Positions 24,801 to 39,447 of a stretch of 64,000 bases of DNA are shown here, in pieces. Below the pieces are notes generated by a model. It saw only the letters and a program-made list of their open reading frames with translations. It searched no databases and was not told the DNA's origin. Position 1 is the stretch's first letter, and the number at the start of each line of letters is the position of its first letter. Source of the DNA: Tubiluchus corallicola (taxonomy: Eukaryota; Animalia; Priapulida). Position numbers and translations under genes: made by a program. Location: the NCBI GenBank assembly GCA_030141605.1, contig JAQGDQ010000483.1:1-64000 (forward strand). The letters run 5' to 3'.

Positions 24801-27800
24801 TTGTCAGCGGGCAGAGCTCGGGTAATGATTTCCAGATCATACTAACAATTTGACTCAACATAGCATTTTAACATAGCTGCACAAGGTATATACACAGATA
24901 TACAAATTTAGTTGTAAACTCCATGAAGCGAAAAAACTATTTACTAAGCATTTGTACACATGTGATAAACAAATATTTTACCTATATGATAATCACAGTG
25001 ATGCGGTTATATGTCCGCTAAAAAAGCTATACTATTTAATTCAAAAATCTATGCATACAGTCGTAAATGAAAGGAAATTTCCAATTGACATTAATTCTCC
25101 ATGAAATAAATTTGCAATGTTACTATAACTGGAAATAGGAGGAAACCTAGCATAAGGAAAAATCTGACCTAGTATTATTACACGCTTATCTAGATTATAC
25201 ATGCAACCTATCATTGCACTGTTCTTTTTTTACAATGGCTAAAAATAGGTTCAGCCACAGGATATGAGATAAGCCTTAACAGGAAATGTACCAAGATTGG
25301 TCATTTAAATCAATTAACGCAGAAGAATAGTCCTAATAATACTAAGATTAATGTTAATAATAACAATATGAAAAGAAACGTTTTACCGCCTAATTTTTTG
25401 CTTCAGTGGCATATTGAAAATTTGTGAAATTGTAGACACTTATTTCTACAAGCAGATAACACACTTCCTTATGAAGTTGTCGTATGAGCCACCCTTCATC
25501 TTTACTCTCCTAGCAGCAACATCTTTCGATATTTTTTTTTGATAAAAGTCTGCAGACGTTCTTTTATTGTGCAGATTATTAATTATACACATAATAAACT
25601 CATGTGCCTGAGCTGAGTTACAAGTCTTAATATGGTACTGCAGTTGAAACGCCTAGGTCATATTTGAGTCTGGTTTCCCCACGAATACGTCAAAACTAAT
25701 AAAACTTTGAATAGTGAAACTCTTCCTATACACTCAAGGAGCAATATGATTCTGCAAGTGGATAACAAATATTGGCACTTTGTCCATCGAATTTACACTT
25801 CAAAAAGAGATGAAGGTGTGCCGCTATAAGAATGGCACCTGTCCACGCCTTTGAAGTGCGAACACAGCGATCTTTCTTATTTAACTTGCAGAATTCTTTC
25901 TACTTGTTCTTAAGCTCTTCGCTGGTACAAATAGCCCTAAAAATATATCACTTCATTTGCTTTGACATCGGTAAACTGCGGAACGTGTGCTCAAATTCTT
26001 TGTCATGAAAATGTCCCTATGCATCTTTGCGCTTGTTCGATGGTTTTCTTTCTGCGTTCTAGAAAGAGTGATTGAGTGGAAAAGTTTCCTCGCTTCCATG
26101 TGCTTTTCAATGTTATAGGTTTTGTCTGCTTATTAAGGAGGTTTTTAGTCGTTTCACCTATATCTATATATATGCTCAGTATACAGATACACATATCTGT
26201 TTACTGTAAAAGGACTGGGGACTGGGAAATTTGGGGTAAAGCTTAAACATTTTGTATATGTAAAAAACCTGTATAGCCATAAATAAATGTTAATATGACT
26301 TAATTAGAGGTGCCGTTTTATCGCAAGAACAACGAGATGAGGTCTCCAAGCAGAACTTTTTTCAAGGACAACTATACACCTTGAATAAAATCAAAATTTT
26401 ACGGTTTTTGTGGCAGTCAAAATCTCTCTCCTTCCTGCCATTCTGGCATTTTGATATATGAACAGCAAATACAATCTTGACAGCTTACAGCCTACCAGTG
26501 ACACAGCAGTCAATATTGCAACTTGTCATCCCAATCACGGCTGAAGTTTTGCGCACACCCTAGCGACAGATTTCGACATTAACGAGTTTCTGATTTAGTC
26601 CATCATCAACTATGTTGACGCTTACATGACGTCTGCTATTACATATAAAAGCTTGATGAACGTGCTACATGGGGTCACATGACCTTTGACAATGTAGGGG
26701 TGCCATTGATTAATGAAAATGGCATTGAATCGAAGGCCACGTTGGCTTGGTGAATCAGGGGATAGATGGCACGTTTCCTGAACGGAAGTAATTAGTCATT
26801 TTACCCAATGACAGATCATTAGAATCTTTTCCCTAATAAATCCAATGATCTGTAGTCTTAAATTACCGTCTGTAAATTTACTTGCACAATATTCAGTGAA
26901 TAGTTCATCGAAAAAGTGCTAACCTGATTCTTTTTTTCTAAATTCTTGGCAATTGCAAGTTTCAAGCCTTTGCAAAATATGATTTACAAAACTGTCTACC
27001 AACTCGTACTCAATAAACGTTGTTGTAGGGACCTTGTAATTTCATTAGGCACACATACAGTTGAAGTTAAGAATTCTTATTTCGAAATCTGTTTTATCTG
27101 CTTTGTAATTACTTTGTTTCGCAAAGGGGAAGCGTCAAAAAACTGAGCAGGAATTACCGTCTAACAGACACTGAGTTTCTGTCGCTCGTTTAACAGAGAT
27201 TAGCACTAACGGCTATTTAGCGTCTTACACTTAGGTAAAAACGCTATATACAAATAACGAATAACATTTAGGTTATATTAAAGTTTAAAGTTATAATTTA
27301 TTTTATTTTTTGCACCTGTAGTTTTTGCGCTGAATGTTTTTATATGCTCCTATAGTGAATGTTTTTTAACTTTCACTGATTGAGCATCTTAATATTTTGT
27401 TAATATTATGGCAAATATACTGTACTGTACTGTACTGTACTGTACTGTACTATATGCCTTGACATTAGCAGCAGCTAGTCTCGAACTAAAGACTGCGTGG
27501 TTGCAGTCCGAAATGTAGACCGCTCACCCACCCAACCCAGGACGCAAAGTAATCTGAAAGCCAGCAGATATCTTAATGCCTCTTCCCAAGACTTGGACAC
27601 TGTTGAAAACTGCGTATGGAAATGCTACACCGATTACAGACGTTACTTCTGAAATAATAATTATTGTTGACAAGAATTATAATTTCACTATATTAGGCCA
27701 ACAGTGCATATTTGGTAAGACCTATCAGCATTACAAATCGTTGAAAAAAAAGCAAGATGTTTTATATTGTACTGCATTACACTGTATTGTTTTGTTTGTT

Positions 27801-28997
27801 CGATTATTGATTTTTTGCCAAATTCTCAGCACTTCGTCGTTAACTTCTTTTGCATTCTCAGCACTTTGCCCAGACGCAATTAAGAAGTTCAAAGCTAAAA
27901 ATGTTGAGGCTCACCTGCATAAGTGAAATCCGGTCACCTGGTGACTCGAAACGCTGTAAGAAAAGCGACAAAAGAGCATCTCACAGACAGTTGTAACTCG
28001 TGGCAGCATCTTTTTCAAAAAATCGACCGTTTCTTTAATTACAAGTATTATCAGGGCGAGGTGTCCTGCCCTGGGGCTCATACATGCTGAGTTTTAACTG
28101 ATACCTATACTTGATTTTTTCAACTGAGTGAGCAGAGTTCGTTGGTGGCTTTGTGTTCGGAAAATTTAAACTTCCCACGAGGTATCTAATAACTTGTAAG
28201 ACGAACAAAAAATCAATAAAATGAGTAGCTGTGGTGTTGGGCTTAGTGTTTCAGTGAAAAAAGCGAAAGTTGGGCAACGCGTCTGCTGAAAGATCAAAAG
28301 ATAGTGAGGATTGTGAAGGCTTACGAGAGATTTCCTCTCACCGGAAGCATAAATAATTTTTTGGTTATTTGAATTGGGTTTTTGCCAATCTGGAAGTTTG
28401 TCTAAAAGAGCCCATAAGCGCCTTCTGCATCATAATATCATGGTGACTGGCAGACCGTTTGAGAGAGAATCGTTTCACTGCTCTAGTTATGACGTTAAGT
28501 TGACCAAAACCAGTTTTCAAGTTTCTTTTTTGGATCCAAATTATCACGATGTGGACAAATTCTCGGTGATGAGGGCAGATGTACACTTTCCATAGCATAT
28601 TTGTGAAAACTGTGAGATTTACGCGGCCCATGCCTGTTTGAAAAATCCTCTATATTGAGTAGAGGTTTTCATTGCTGGCTTATCTTATCAAATTCAACAC
28701 TTTGTACCATTCACATTGTGCGGTAGGCCAAGTGTGCTAATTACTCCGTTTTGCAGTATTGTGTTATTATGGGATCGGGACTGAGTAAAAGGGCTACCTG
28801 TTTGTCAACGTACGCATTACCTCTTCCGGACGAGTTGGTTTTTGATCTGAACGAGTTTTACTTTGGTGAGTAAAGTGAAGACAAATGCCAGAATATAGTT
28901 GCCAACTAGCAATCTCAAGTTTGCGTCTGTTTTTTTTTGTTTTTGCCAAATAATGTTTTTCTTTTATTGACTGAATTATTGAAAGATAAACCCATAT

Positions 28998-29158
28998 CTA
29001 TAGATAGATAGATAGATGGATGGATGGATGGATGGATGGATGGATGGATGGATGGATGGATGGATGGATGGATGGATGGATGGATGGATGGATGGATGGA
29101 TGGATGGATGGATGGATGGATGGATGGATGGATAGATAGATAGATAGATAGATAGATA

Positions 29159-29195
<37 letters not shown>

Positions 29196-29385
29196 ACAGA
29201 CAGACAGATAGATAGGTAGACCGACAGGAGAACACAGATAGATAGCCGGACAGATGTATGGATGGCTGGTTGAACGGACAGAGAGAGAGAGAGAGAGAAA
29301 GAGAAAGGGGGGAGAGAGGCAGGCAGGCAGACAGACAGACAGATAGGTAGCTACATAGATGGATAGATCAACAGATAGGCAGACG
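28998..29385. repeat. Compound tetranucleotide microsatellite (GATA)n(GGAT)n(GATA)n(GGCA)n(GACA)n
   Basis: Directly visible. Confidence 0.97.
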
Positions 29386-30682
29386 TAGAATATGTGAAAT
29401 AAAGTAATTTTATTATAGTGTCAGATAACATTCACCGCCGTGCGTTTCCAGCACTTAATAATACAGACACAGCTGAATTAAGTAAACTCAGTTGTGAAAT
29501 GCAGTGATATGTTTGTGGTTAATTAATTTAAAATGCTAAAATTTTAATTCGCTAACGTTTAAAGTGCAACATCTTAAGTATCATTCACTCTTTCTATAAT
29601 GCATCTATAGCTATACTAGTTATACTTATACTTTCTTGATTAATTATTTCAATGGATAATTTGAAGCTTTGAGGAAAGTCCTTCTTTAGGACCTGTTCTC
29701 ATAATCAGGTAACTTCCGCCAAATCATCCTAGGCTTACCTCTTATAGTAGTTACCGCGTCAGTAACCTAGTAACTCGTAACTCGGGTTATTCACTCAAAA
29801 TTCTTATGGTACATACAATTAATTATTTATGACCATTATAATGAATGATTCCAATAAAAATACCACATATGTGAGGTAAAAACACAATGAATAAGACAAA
29901 TTAAAGTCAGACGAAAAATAAAACAGTCCTGAAAAACTTCTTGCGGAACGATCAAAGTATCAAATATAAATACACTCAAACAGCAAATGTTCGTGTTACA
30001 TGCAACTAAAATGCAGCGATTAAAGCGCCATCATTTGGTAGCATTGCCACTGACCCGCTTTTTTCTCCATTCTGGTCTTCTGCTCTTATTGTTTGAATGA
30101 CAAACTGGCTGGCAGGTCGTAAACCCTTTAATCTCTGATGTAATAGACCGTGGGTTAGACACTTTATGATTGTTTTTCTCAGCTTGAGTCAATGTTAGCA
30201 ACTGAATGTTAGTTCCTTGGCTGGTTGGTCTGCAGAGGAGATGTAAGGCAGGAGTTTTTTGGCTTTGTAAATAAGGGTAAAAGGTCGCAGGCGCTGTTGC
30301 TAATAAAACTACGTTATCAAAAGCGCGCGTGTTTCTTCCCCCACCCCAAATCTGTTGCAGAGTTTTCATTCCCCGCCCACCGACTGCGTTTTTTCCACTT
30401 TGGGAGGCTGCATGCCAGAATCCAACACCCAAAGGTGAATATTGAGCATTATATCTTTATGCCTATTACCCAGCTTATTAACAGCAATAATTGTTTTCTT
30501 TAACTAAGTAACATTCTGGCAGGTTTTCTTGACAGTCATCGATCCATTTATTGACCAGCTCGGCACAGTTTAACTGCTGTCGAAATGCGCGTGGCGTAAC
30601 TAACCACTCATCTGTTTTTCCCCTAGGATGGCAGTGCAAGAGTACGACGATTTTGGAAGAGCCGACAAAATGCTTTTAAAGC

Positions 30683-30886
<204 letters not shown>

Positions 30887-31489
30887 GAGTACGTGTGCTT
30901 CAGCTGCAAAGCTAAACTACAAACACAGTGAACATTGACGTTTGCAACATACAGAGACTAAATAAATCATTTTATATTTACAATATATACACATATTTAC
31001 ATTAAAACATCTTGATTTTACAAGATTATGAGTTGATAAAAATAATCACTCTGCATACAAATATTGTCGCTTTTTTGTATACAGGATATTCAAATCTAGT
31101 TAAAGCGCATTTTTTTCATTTGTTTTAAAGGTAAATGAAGTTGTTGAATCTTTATCTTTGGCAAGGAGATATAAAAAAAATTGACCTATTCTGAACTTAG
31201 ACTATTTAGGTGGCTGAAAGAGCATTTAAATGTCAGGATATTAATTTCTGCAATAAACGGCTATTCAAACTGTGAGATTGAGTCACTTGCCTCAGCTTCT
31301 TTGGTTTGCAGCTGCTTTCTTAGTTTCCTTTTGAATAATAATATTGAGCTGGGTGAAGCCGAGATGCATCAGCCGGTGACGTGTTTCAGTTGTTAGCTTG
31401 TTTGGTTGGCCGAGGCGCTGATTCGGCTGTTTGGCTTGGTTTTGTAGAAGTTCAATTGATAGCGTCAAAAACTTTTAATCCTTTCTATC

Positions 31490-32025
31490 AAATAGCTTTC
31501 TCGTTCGTGAAACTTGCCTCATAATGATGTTCCAAGGCCTTCTCGTGTGAAGTTAATGTGGCGTTTTTGAATTTAATAAGCATAACGCAGGAATATCTTA
31601 GAAAAAACTACTTTTTTCAACATTCTCAATTACGGAAGAAAAACAAAGGAATTTGTTATACGTGTAATTGTATATTGACTTGTAACCTCAATTATTTTGA
31701 ATTTTGGACTTTTTAATTAAAAGGCATTTGTTGAGCAATATTAATTTTGTATAACTAATAGAATAATGTACATTGATATTTGTTTCTCGTATCGCTTTTG
31801 TACTCTGAGGACTTTGTATATTTTAATTTTAAGTGTTAACTAATGAATTACTTGTGTTTTTGAACTAGTTATCTATGTAACAATATTCTTGAAAACCAGT
31901 TGTATATATCTGTTCTCAACTAAAATGTATTTGTTGCACAGTGGAAAAACTCCGCTCAGTAATAGTATGTATGTCAATCCATATTGTATGTAAATAACAA
32001 TGTAAATAAATAAATTAATTAATAT
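31490..32025 (+). mobile_element. Possible CR1-like LINE 3' end (last codons plus AT-rich UTR)
   Basis: FLSNSFLVR..(x)NDVP resembles the NSFxxRxxxxWNxLP tail. The AT-rich UTR ends in aataaataaattaattaat. Confidence 0.3.
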
Positions 32026-32196
32026 AAAAGGAAAGGAAATAAAAGATAAAGAACGAAATGTTAAAATCTGTAATAGTAGAGTGAACGAAAAATGACTTAC
32101 AACTTCAAAACTTGTCTCAAGCAGACGAAACATATATAGGTAACATTGCGTCTAAAGTGATTTTTATTGCGATTCTTCAGCCGGCCATAATTTTAA

Positions 32197-32546
32197 TACT
32201 TCACCTGCAAAATCACTTAATATGCTGAAGTAACGTACTGCTTCTCAAAAAAGCAATTTCGTCTCAAGGGGTTAATATTGTCCAGTACACTCTAGTCGCC
32301 AGCCTGATTATTTTCAACCTCTGTGTACAAGCAATGATGATCACTTCCGGTAATAAAATGGATGCAGAAACAGCTGAGTTCCTGTTGCCTGTCATTCACT
32401 TGCAAATAACTTACCTGGTTTATCACCCAGTGCACTTTTTCGGGCGCATTTACGAGGTACTTAAATGTGAATGTGAGTTTGCCAACTTTGCGTAATTAAT
32501 TAACACGCATCACTTCAGCATATTAAGTGATTTTGCAGGTGTAGTA
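32197..32546. mobile_element. TA-flanked MITE (Tc1/mariner-type) with ~33-bp TIRs
   Basis: tacttcacctgcaaaatcacttaatatgctgaagt (32197-32231) matches the reverse complement of 32512-32546 at 34/35 positions; TA at both outer ends. Confidence 0.8.
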
Positions 32547-33694
32547 CATAGGTTAGTCATTGGTATTAAATCCAAAGAGCATTTTGTTTACGTCGCCACT
32601 GACCTACAGGATAAATCAATCGAAAATGCTAAATAAGCATACTGCAATATCAGCTCTTTGGCAAGACAGTCTGAATTGTACTACTTTGCATGCTAAACTG
32701 TACTCCTAGAACCATGCTTTTGACTTTAATGAAGCCCTTATCTATTCTCATGTTGCCACATGTTGTCCTCATCTGGAAGCCAGATTGTCTGCGAGGTCAA
32801 GCCAAGATCCAGCTCATGTCAAGTCTTGCTGATATCACGTTCCTATCACTTTACTTACAACCAAGCTATGGGGCGAACGGGGGAATGGCCTTTTCCGTGA
32901 ATTTTGTTTATTGAAAGTAGTGAAATTTAGCTCTAGTCGCACTACTATCGTGAATTAAAACTGTTATTGCTGTTTCATTTCGAGATTGCTGGTTGAAGTT
33001 GATGTGCTTCAAAAAAAGCTCTTTGTTATTTGCAGCTTATTCCTTTAAAGTGGTTGTTACTATCACCATCGGAAATATTTTCGTCACAAAATTGGTGTGT
33101 TTCAAGGAAGTGAATTGGACCACTTTTATTTCGTTCATTTATAATTTCACTAAACTAATTACTACTGTCCCGCTGAAATAATTGATGGACTGATTTGGTG
33201 TGTCACCAGGAACTCTACTTGGACCACTCGTGTTTGATGCATATATCACTATGTTAACCATAGTTGATGGTTGCAACAAGTAATATTTCCTAGATTGACG
33301 AGAAAGCAGTTTTCTACAGTTTGACACACCGGCGTCATGAGTTTATTAAGACGTAAAAAATACGTCGTACAGAAGCGAGGTAAGAAAAGTGTAGCAAAAG
33401 ATTTAGGACATGACAATCAATTCTTCAAACATTTCCTTTCCATTAATGGTATTTGCGTTGTGAACTGCGCTTGCTTGACGGCTCAATCCTGTAATATCGT
33501 AATTATCCGTACACCCAGACACGTTTCACACGATGTTTGATATCAAATAATTAAAATTTAATCTGATGAAATCTGGCTATTGATCGAAAGTGAAGTGAAT
33601 GTTGCGCCGTTTCAAAGCAAACAGCGGATTTTAATTGTCCCGCGCTCTGTGTTTTACAGAATTCTGGCACATTGATTTCATGTGAGGGGAGTAG

Positions 33695-34337
33695 TTAAAG
33701 GAAAAGATGGTTCAAGTTTAAACCGTGAGGCAAAATATCAGTAGGAAACGTGTTGTTTTTGTATAATATAATTTTTTTATTTTCTCTTTATTTCAGCTCG
33801 TACATGTCTTAAGCCGTAAAAATACAAATACTAAGAAAACAATTTATAAAGACCTAAATGCACTATTTACAAAAATGAAAAAGAGTAAGATTAAAAATTA
33901 AAATATATATACATAAGTGACTTACATTAAAAGTGAGTTAAAATTTCATTCCAATGGGCAAAAATTTTGGAGCATGTAAAACATCACTATAGTATTTTAA
34001 ATGTTTTAACAAACCATTAGAAAGGTTTAAAACATGGCATCTAAGATTATATATACATTTATGCAAAATAACTTTATAATTGTTAATACCATTATTATTA
34101 TTATTATTAATGCGAAAGAATTATGATTGCGAAGTTTAATTTTGTGTTCGCGCTGTTAATATTCTGCTGTTGCTTTCAGTCGTAATGTTATCGCTGGCTA
34201 CACCTGGCGTTAATTAAATACCTAAGCTAATATTTAATTAACAGAAACATTTGATCTTTATTATAGGCAGTAAAATACATATTTTTACCATACTTCAAAA
34301 TGTGACGGAATCTAAAAATAGTCCTTCTTTCCTTTAA
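33695..34337. mobile_element. Kolobok/T2-like MITE (family C-related), probably with a nested - strand retroposon tail (~33770-34110)
   Basis: TTAAAGGAAAAG ... CTTTCCTTTAA termini; the right third is similar to 14910-15040. Confidence 0.45.
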
Positions 34338-34783
34338 CTGTAGCCAGCATTAGAATATAATAGAATTGACCATACATTATAGCGTGTTATACATGATGCT
34401 AGGAGACATTTTGTCATACCGTGTTACGTTAGACTATATCACATCAGTGACGTTATATCACGTCACATCACATCACACCACATCACACACGTAATGCAGA
34501 TATTGAATACAGTGTGTATCAGCAAAATATATAAATTTAAAAGTTTTGTGAACTTGTCTTTATTTGGTGAGAAATGGTCTTGTTGAAAATAAAAACACCA
34601 GTAATGTAAAAGAAAGATTACTTAACTACGTTTGGTACGTTTCGACTGCCCTGTCCAATAGTTACAGCCTACACCTGTCAGTTTTTGTTTTATTGTCGAT
34701 AGATGCCTTCATCTTGCGAATTTTTACCTGGTCAGAATCAGTTAACTATTTAGTTAATTAGTATTTTCTTTGCTTTATTACAG

Positions 34784-34858
34784 TTTTAGCAGAGAAACAG
34801 GATGTTAAAAGACACACTGTGGCGAGTCCAAGCTGTCCTGATTTCAAATACGTAAAAG
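34784..34858 (+). CDS. raskol: 75-nt symmetric (phase 1-1) coding exon of the RasGAP-like gene
   Basis: Acceptor ttctttgctttattacAG and donor AAAG|GTATGT. It joins the exon ending at 21281 in frame without stops: VLAEKQDVKRHTVASPSCPDFKYVK. KRHTVASP sits where raskol has RRGSAPxTP (recalled). Confidence 0.6.
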
Positions 34859-35451
34859 GTATGTTGAGACTTCCATATTTCACAATAATTGTTGTGAATA
34901 CTTTACGTCAGTTTAAGTTTTGCTTTACTCCTGATAATTTCTTAATATGAACGTCTTAAAAATGTTCTAAAGAATAAAGTTCCGAGCCATGCAAATGCTC
35001 AAAGCTAAAACAGTACTTCTTACATAAGTCTTTAACATAGGTGAAAACAACTGAGGCTAATTACTAATGCATTACTGTTAGTGAAGTAAACCTTTCCAAT
35101 GGTTTCTTAAGACTAGAAGTAAAAAGGGTTTAAGTTTTTTTCTCTTTGCTTAGCTTTTATCGAACTCTATTGCTTTGAAAGTTTATTTTATAATGCATGT
35201 TTGCATTTTACAGTTTTAGTTTATCAGAAAATTTTAAACATTTTTAAAGCAATTTAATTTGTGTATTTTGATCGTCACATGCAGATAGTTTCGTGCAAGT
35301 TGTTTTTATCTTTTCTGTTTGCTTAGTTCCTAACTCATCACGAACTGTTTTTCTCCAATTTTAATTCAAATTTATTCTGTACTTGTTTCAATTCTAGTTA
35401 CTTCCCAACTACTTGGGAAGGCCCAAACATCTGTCTTTGCAAATTTTGTTC

Positions 35452-36126
35452 TTAAAGGAAAACAGGTTGATTTTTCAATATCCTACCCCATTTTTGAAAT
35501 ACGGTACAAAGTTAACATTTTAACACCTGTAATAATGCCAATTTGTGTCTCATAATCAAATAATAGGCTAAAAATTTAATTAATGGCAGACGAACTGGTG
35601 ATGACATCACAACTGAACATAATTTTTAAACATTCCACGAGAGTGTTGCACGTGTGCTACTGTACAATATTCATTGTGATGTACAAAAACTCGGCAAATT
35701 TGAAAGTTTAAAAGTTTACCCTGTGCTCGCGCATGGCTTTCGAAAGCGTGTACTACGTCATAAATAAACACCTCTGTACTGAAAGGAACAGCACCTTCTT
35801 TGCATAACGTTTTTTCGAGGTGCAGGAGGTAGTGCCCATTCTAACTAAGAAATGGTAAAATGCATATCGCAGCAAAAATCTAGCCGCGCCAACGCGAAAT
35901 TGCGTTTCTGTGGTAATGATTATTCGTGAGCTCTCGAACATATGTACTACGTCATAAACGAACAACCCAAAACCGGGAGGTACAGCACTTGTTTTTGCGT
36001 TGTAATGCGTTTCCGAGATATAGGCGCTAGTGCCCATCAAAGAACATGCGAACGCGATATTACGTTTCTGATGTAATATTTCTTTCACGTAAGTCATTTG
36101 TGAATAAATAGTATGTTCCCTTTCAA
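35452..36126 (-). mobile_element. Kolobok/T2-like MITE, family B, with an internal duplication
   Basis: Reverse complement of 9300-9743. The block tgtactacgtcataaa...tagtgccca...cgcga occurs twice (~35749 and ~35943). Confidence 0.7.
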
Positions 36127-36810
36127 TATTTTATAGGGTAGATTGTTTTGAGCTATAGCTTAATATTGTAGTAATAGTTTAATATATTTAATATAGCCTT
36201 CTTAGATAGTATTACACAAGCTTCTAGATAAACTAGTTCAAATCGTGTTGTAAAAATTATGAGGTGTCAAAGCTCAAAAAGCCTACAGTGACATTTTGTC
36301 GTTGTTACTGACGTGTTTTTGCAACTGAATACGGAAATTTGCATGTTGCCTAATTCACGTGTTACGTGCCTGTCATGCTTGTAACTTTGCACCCTTCTAT
36401 TATTCCTTGCGGGTTAAAAACTCGCTAAATGCAGTCCTTCGCTTTCTTCTCTTAGATAACAAAGATTTTATAACTCGGAAAATTGTGGACTGACGTTGGT
36501 TTATGATCGTTTTAGAATGTCAGCCGTGATTCGTGTCATAAACCCTGGTCATGGCGTCCTAGCTAGCTGTGATCTGGAATGCATTGATATTTATTTCAAA
36601 GCCACAAATGCTTTTATCTACTTTCGCTGATTTGTTCTGCTAGCGAATGCTGCTATCGACGAATGTCAATGACGCGCGCACTTTCTACGTCGTGTTCTGC
36701 TAGAAAAAATAGCAAACAACTGGTGTTTCTGTAATCAGTTTTTATTGACTCAAGATTGAAATCACGTGAAATTTATCCCTACCAGAGAGTTTCGTTATCT
36801 GGGTAATGAG

Positions 36811-37230
36811 CAGGGGCGTATTAACCAATGGACTAACTGACGATAGCCTAAGGCGCCAAAGTTTGAGAGGCGTCACATTTTAGGAACAATTCTTATTCTC
36901 CTCGGAAAATGTGTACACTTTCACATTCATGTAAAAGGTACATTTTATAACACACCACAAGCAGTCACTGAGCGCTGCTTTTATATAAATGCCACATAAC
37001 TAACAGGTGCAAGGTATTACACAACAAACAGTTGCGCGCCTGTTTCAATATAAGCGGTGTGCAAGTACATGTAATTAATAATGACCACGTAGAAACTAGG
37101 TTAACAGTTTTTAATACACAACAAGTAATTGTTTGACCTGCTCATTACGTAAGCAACCATAAATTTACAATAGAGATTGGCGGGACAGAACTATCAGCAT
37201 AGGGCGTAGAAAAGTCTTGATGCGCCCCTG
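36811..37230. mobile_element. hAT-type MITE
   Basis: TIRs CAGGGGCGTATTAA / TTGATGCGCCCCTG (12/14 match) and a perfect 8-bp TSD GTAATGAG (36803-36810, 37231-37238). Confidence 0.85.
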
Positions 37231-37248
37231 GTAATGAGTTGATTCTTT

Positions 37249-37764
37249 TTAAAGTGCAAGGAAACGCTCTTGATAAATAAAACTTGAAAAAAGTTAAAGT
37301 TTTATATCACTTAAATGCTGTCATATTGCAGGCAGAACTTGTGTTAACAGTGACTTTAAACTCCCGCGACCACCGTTAGGTGCAGCTATTTTAACAGTGA
37401 TTTGAAAAAAAAGTTTAAATAACATTACGTAAAGTTTGGAACAATAGTCATTCGATGCACACATTTCACTAACTAAGCAAAAGTTTAAATTAATGTATCT
37501 TGCCAATCAGATTAAAAGCATCTTTTTGGTGAGTCAGTGGTGCACACTGGGAAGGTGAGTTAGCCACATTTTTCCAGTTGGCGTGACCATTTTAAATTGC
37601 TCCTTTAATTTCGAAATTAATTAATTTATTTATTTTAAACTTTCCTTTTCTAATTACGTAGAATTTTCTTTCTTTCCAGCTGGTACGCGTAATGCTGAGT
37701 AAAGTAACTTTGTATGGATGACTTTTTGGGACATACTTTAAAATTGCCTTTTCTTTCCCTTTAA
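37249..37764 (-). mobile_element. Kolobok/T2-like MITE, family A (short form)
   Basis: TTAA ends; right end tttgggacatactttaaaattgccttttctttccct|TTAA; internal ggtgagtcagtggtgcac shared with 7912-8344. Confidence 0.7.
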
Positions 37765-39021
37765 AGAGAATCCTTGACGAAATTTAACCAAAATCGACAA
37801 ATTCTTTGTTTGTCAAGAAAAATCTCATTTGTTCACATATTTGAAGTACCAGTAGGTACAGTACTTGTTACGTATGTACAAAATGCTTGCACCTCAAAAA
37901 TACTCAGTGTACGATCATGGGCTACTTTTTCAAAATTTTCGAAAAGGCTTTAAAGTATTCTTCTGCACAAGCAGTTTGTAGAACATTGTTATATTGCTAG
38001 TAATGAAAAAAGCACTGACTGGCCTTGTTTACAGGGCCAAGATAGGTCCATTTTTTCTGTATTATTATTTTGATATGTTGTTGCCTACTATGAAATAAGA
38101 CGCATACGAGACAGTATTTCATGACATTTTGTTTGCTTGTGAGATGTTCATGTCTCTTGGTCAGTTTTCGCACAAAAACCCACCCACGCGAGACTTTACT
38201 CCTGAAGAGAAGGCGGGGTTGGATGGGCTAATACACCTCTCACTTTCCTGAGAAAACACGCAAAGTTGTATAGAAAGCTCGCCAAAAAAGAATAGCCCAG
38301 TTTACATATGGATTTTGGAAGCAAAGCTCTGGATCAGGATGTGAAATCTCTCTGAAAGTTCAAGGTCATGCCGTGCTGAGGTCGTGAAATTTATGGGGAT
38401 TGTTGCTGCAATAAAGGAGAGTTCATCAGAAAATATTTAAAAGAAGAGAAAATTGGAGAGTGCTAAACGAAGAAAAAATATTGTATAGCGTGGTACCACC
38501 GTTTTGTTAAATAGTTATTCTGCGAAATGTATTAAATCTAGGAAAATATTTTGTACACTTTGAAGTTGCCATTTTACTGCCGCTAAATGCAAAAACAAAT
38601 TACCAGATGGTTTGCCTTAGCATTAAATTTGCGTCCTATTTTCCTATTGGTCTGCTTTGGTGAAGTAAACTAAGTTAAACTAACGTATTAAAAAATTGAA
38701 ATTATCTTTAATCGTAGACTAACAAATCATTAAGATCTTTTTTGGTTACTTTCAAAGTAGTCTATTGTCTATTGAAAAGCTATATAATTACGTAACTTTT
38801 TAACCAGGCGACCCCTATGTAATTAAACAATGACAGTTGCTGTCTAAGACAAAAACTTCAAGAATCTTAATTACCCCTGACGAGTTCCTGAACTGTTATT
38901 GCAATACAGGTAATCAATCACTTTTACCTGTCTCACGCCAGGTGAAAATTGAAAAGACGAATGACAAAAACTAAAAACTTTTCACTGAAACATGATTTCT
39001 CTGAGAAAATTAAAATACGTA

Positions 39022-39176
39022 AACAACCACAACAACAGCAATAATAATGCCAACAGCAGCAACGACAGTAGCCAGCAGCAACAACAAAAACAATAACATC
39101 AACAATGGCAGTGGCCATTAGCAACAACAAAAACAATAACATCAACAACAGCAACAATGGCAGTGGCCAGTGGCAA

Positions 39177-39207
<31 letters not shown>

Positions 39208-39447
39208 GACGACCACGTGGACGACAATAACAGCAACAGCAACAACAACATCACCAACACCATCAACAACAACAACAGCAGCAGCAACAACAAAAACAAC
39301 TGCATGAATAGCAGCAATGCCCCCTGCCAATGGCTACAACGACATTGATAGCGACAGCAACAAAACTGTCATCGTCCATGCAGTGGCGTGAAAATCGACA
39401 ACAACAGCAACAACATGAACAATCTTGTAAATTTAGCAGCAACAACA
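39022..39447. repeat. Degenerate (CAA/CAG)n low-complexity tract
   Basis: Directly visible, with a duplicated aacaaaaacaataacatcaacaa..atggcagtggcca block. Confidence 0.9.

Noticed and set aside
25300-26190. Coding-like - strand stretch (ICTSEELKNK*K, Myb/MADF-like)
   Set aside because: Too short and degenerate to assign without a search.
30612-30680. Strong acceptor ctgtttttcccctAG followed by ATG
   Set aside because: The phase-1 continuation hits TAA, no donor follows, and it runs into (TA)n.
38180-38420. RTE-like 5' UTR/SINE motif (ggggttggatgggctaatacacctc)
   Set aside because: Only a short resemblance; no TSD, second copy or coding support in the window.
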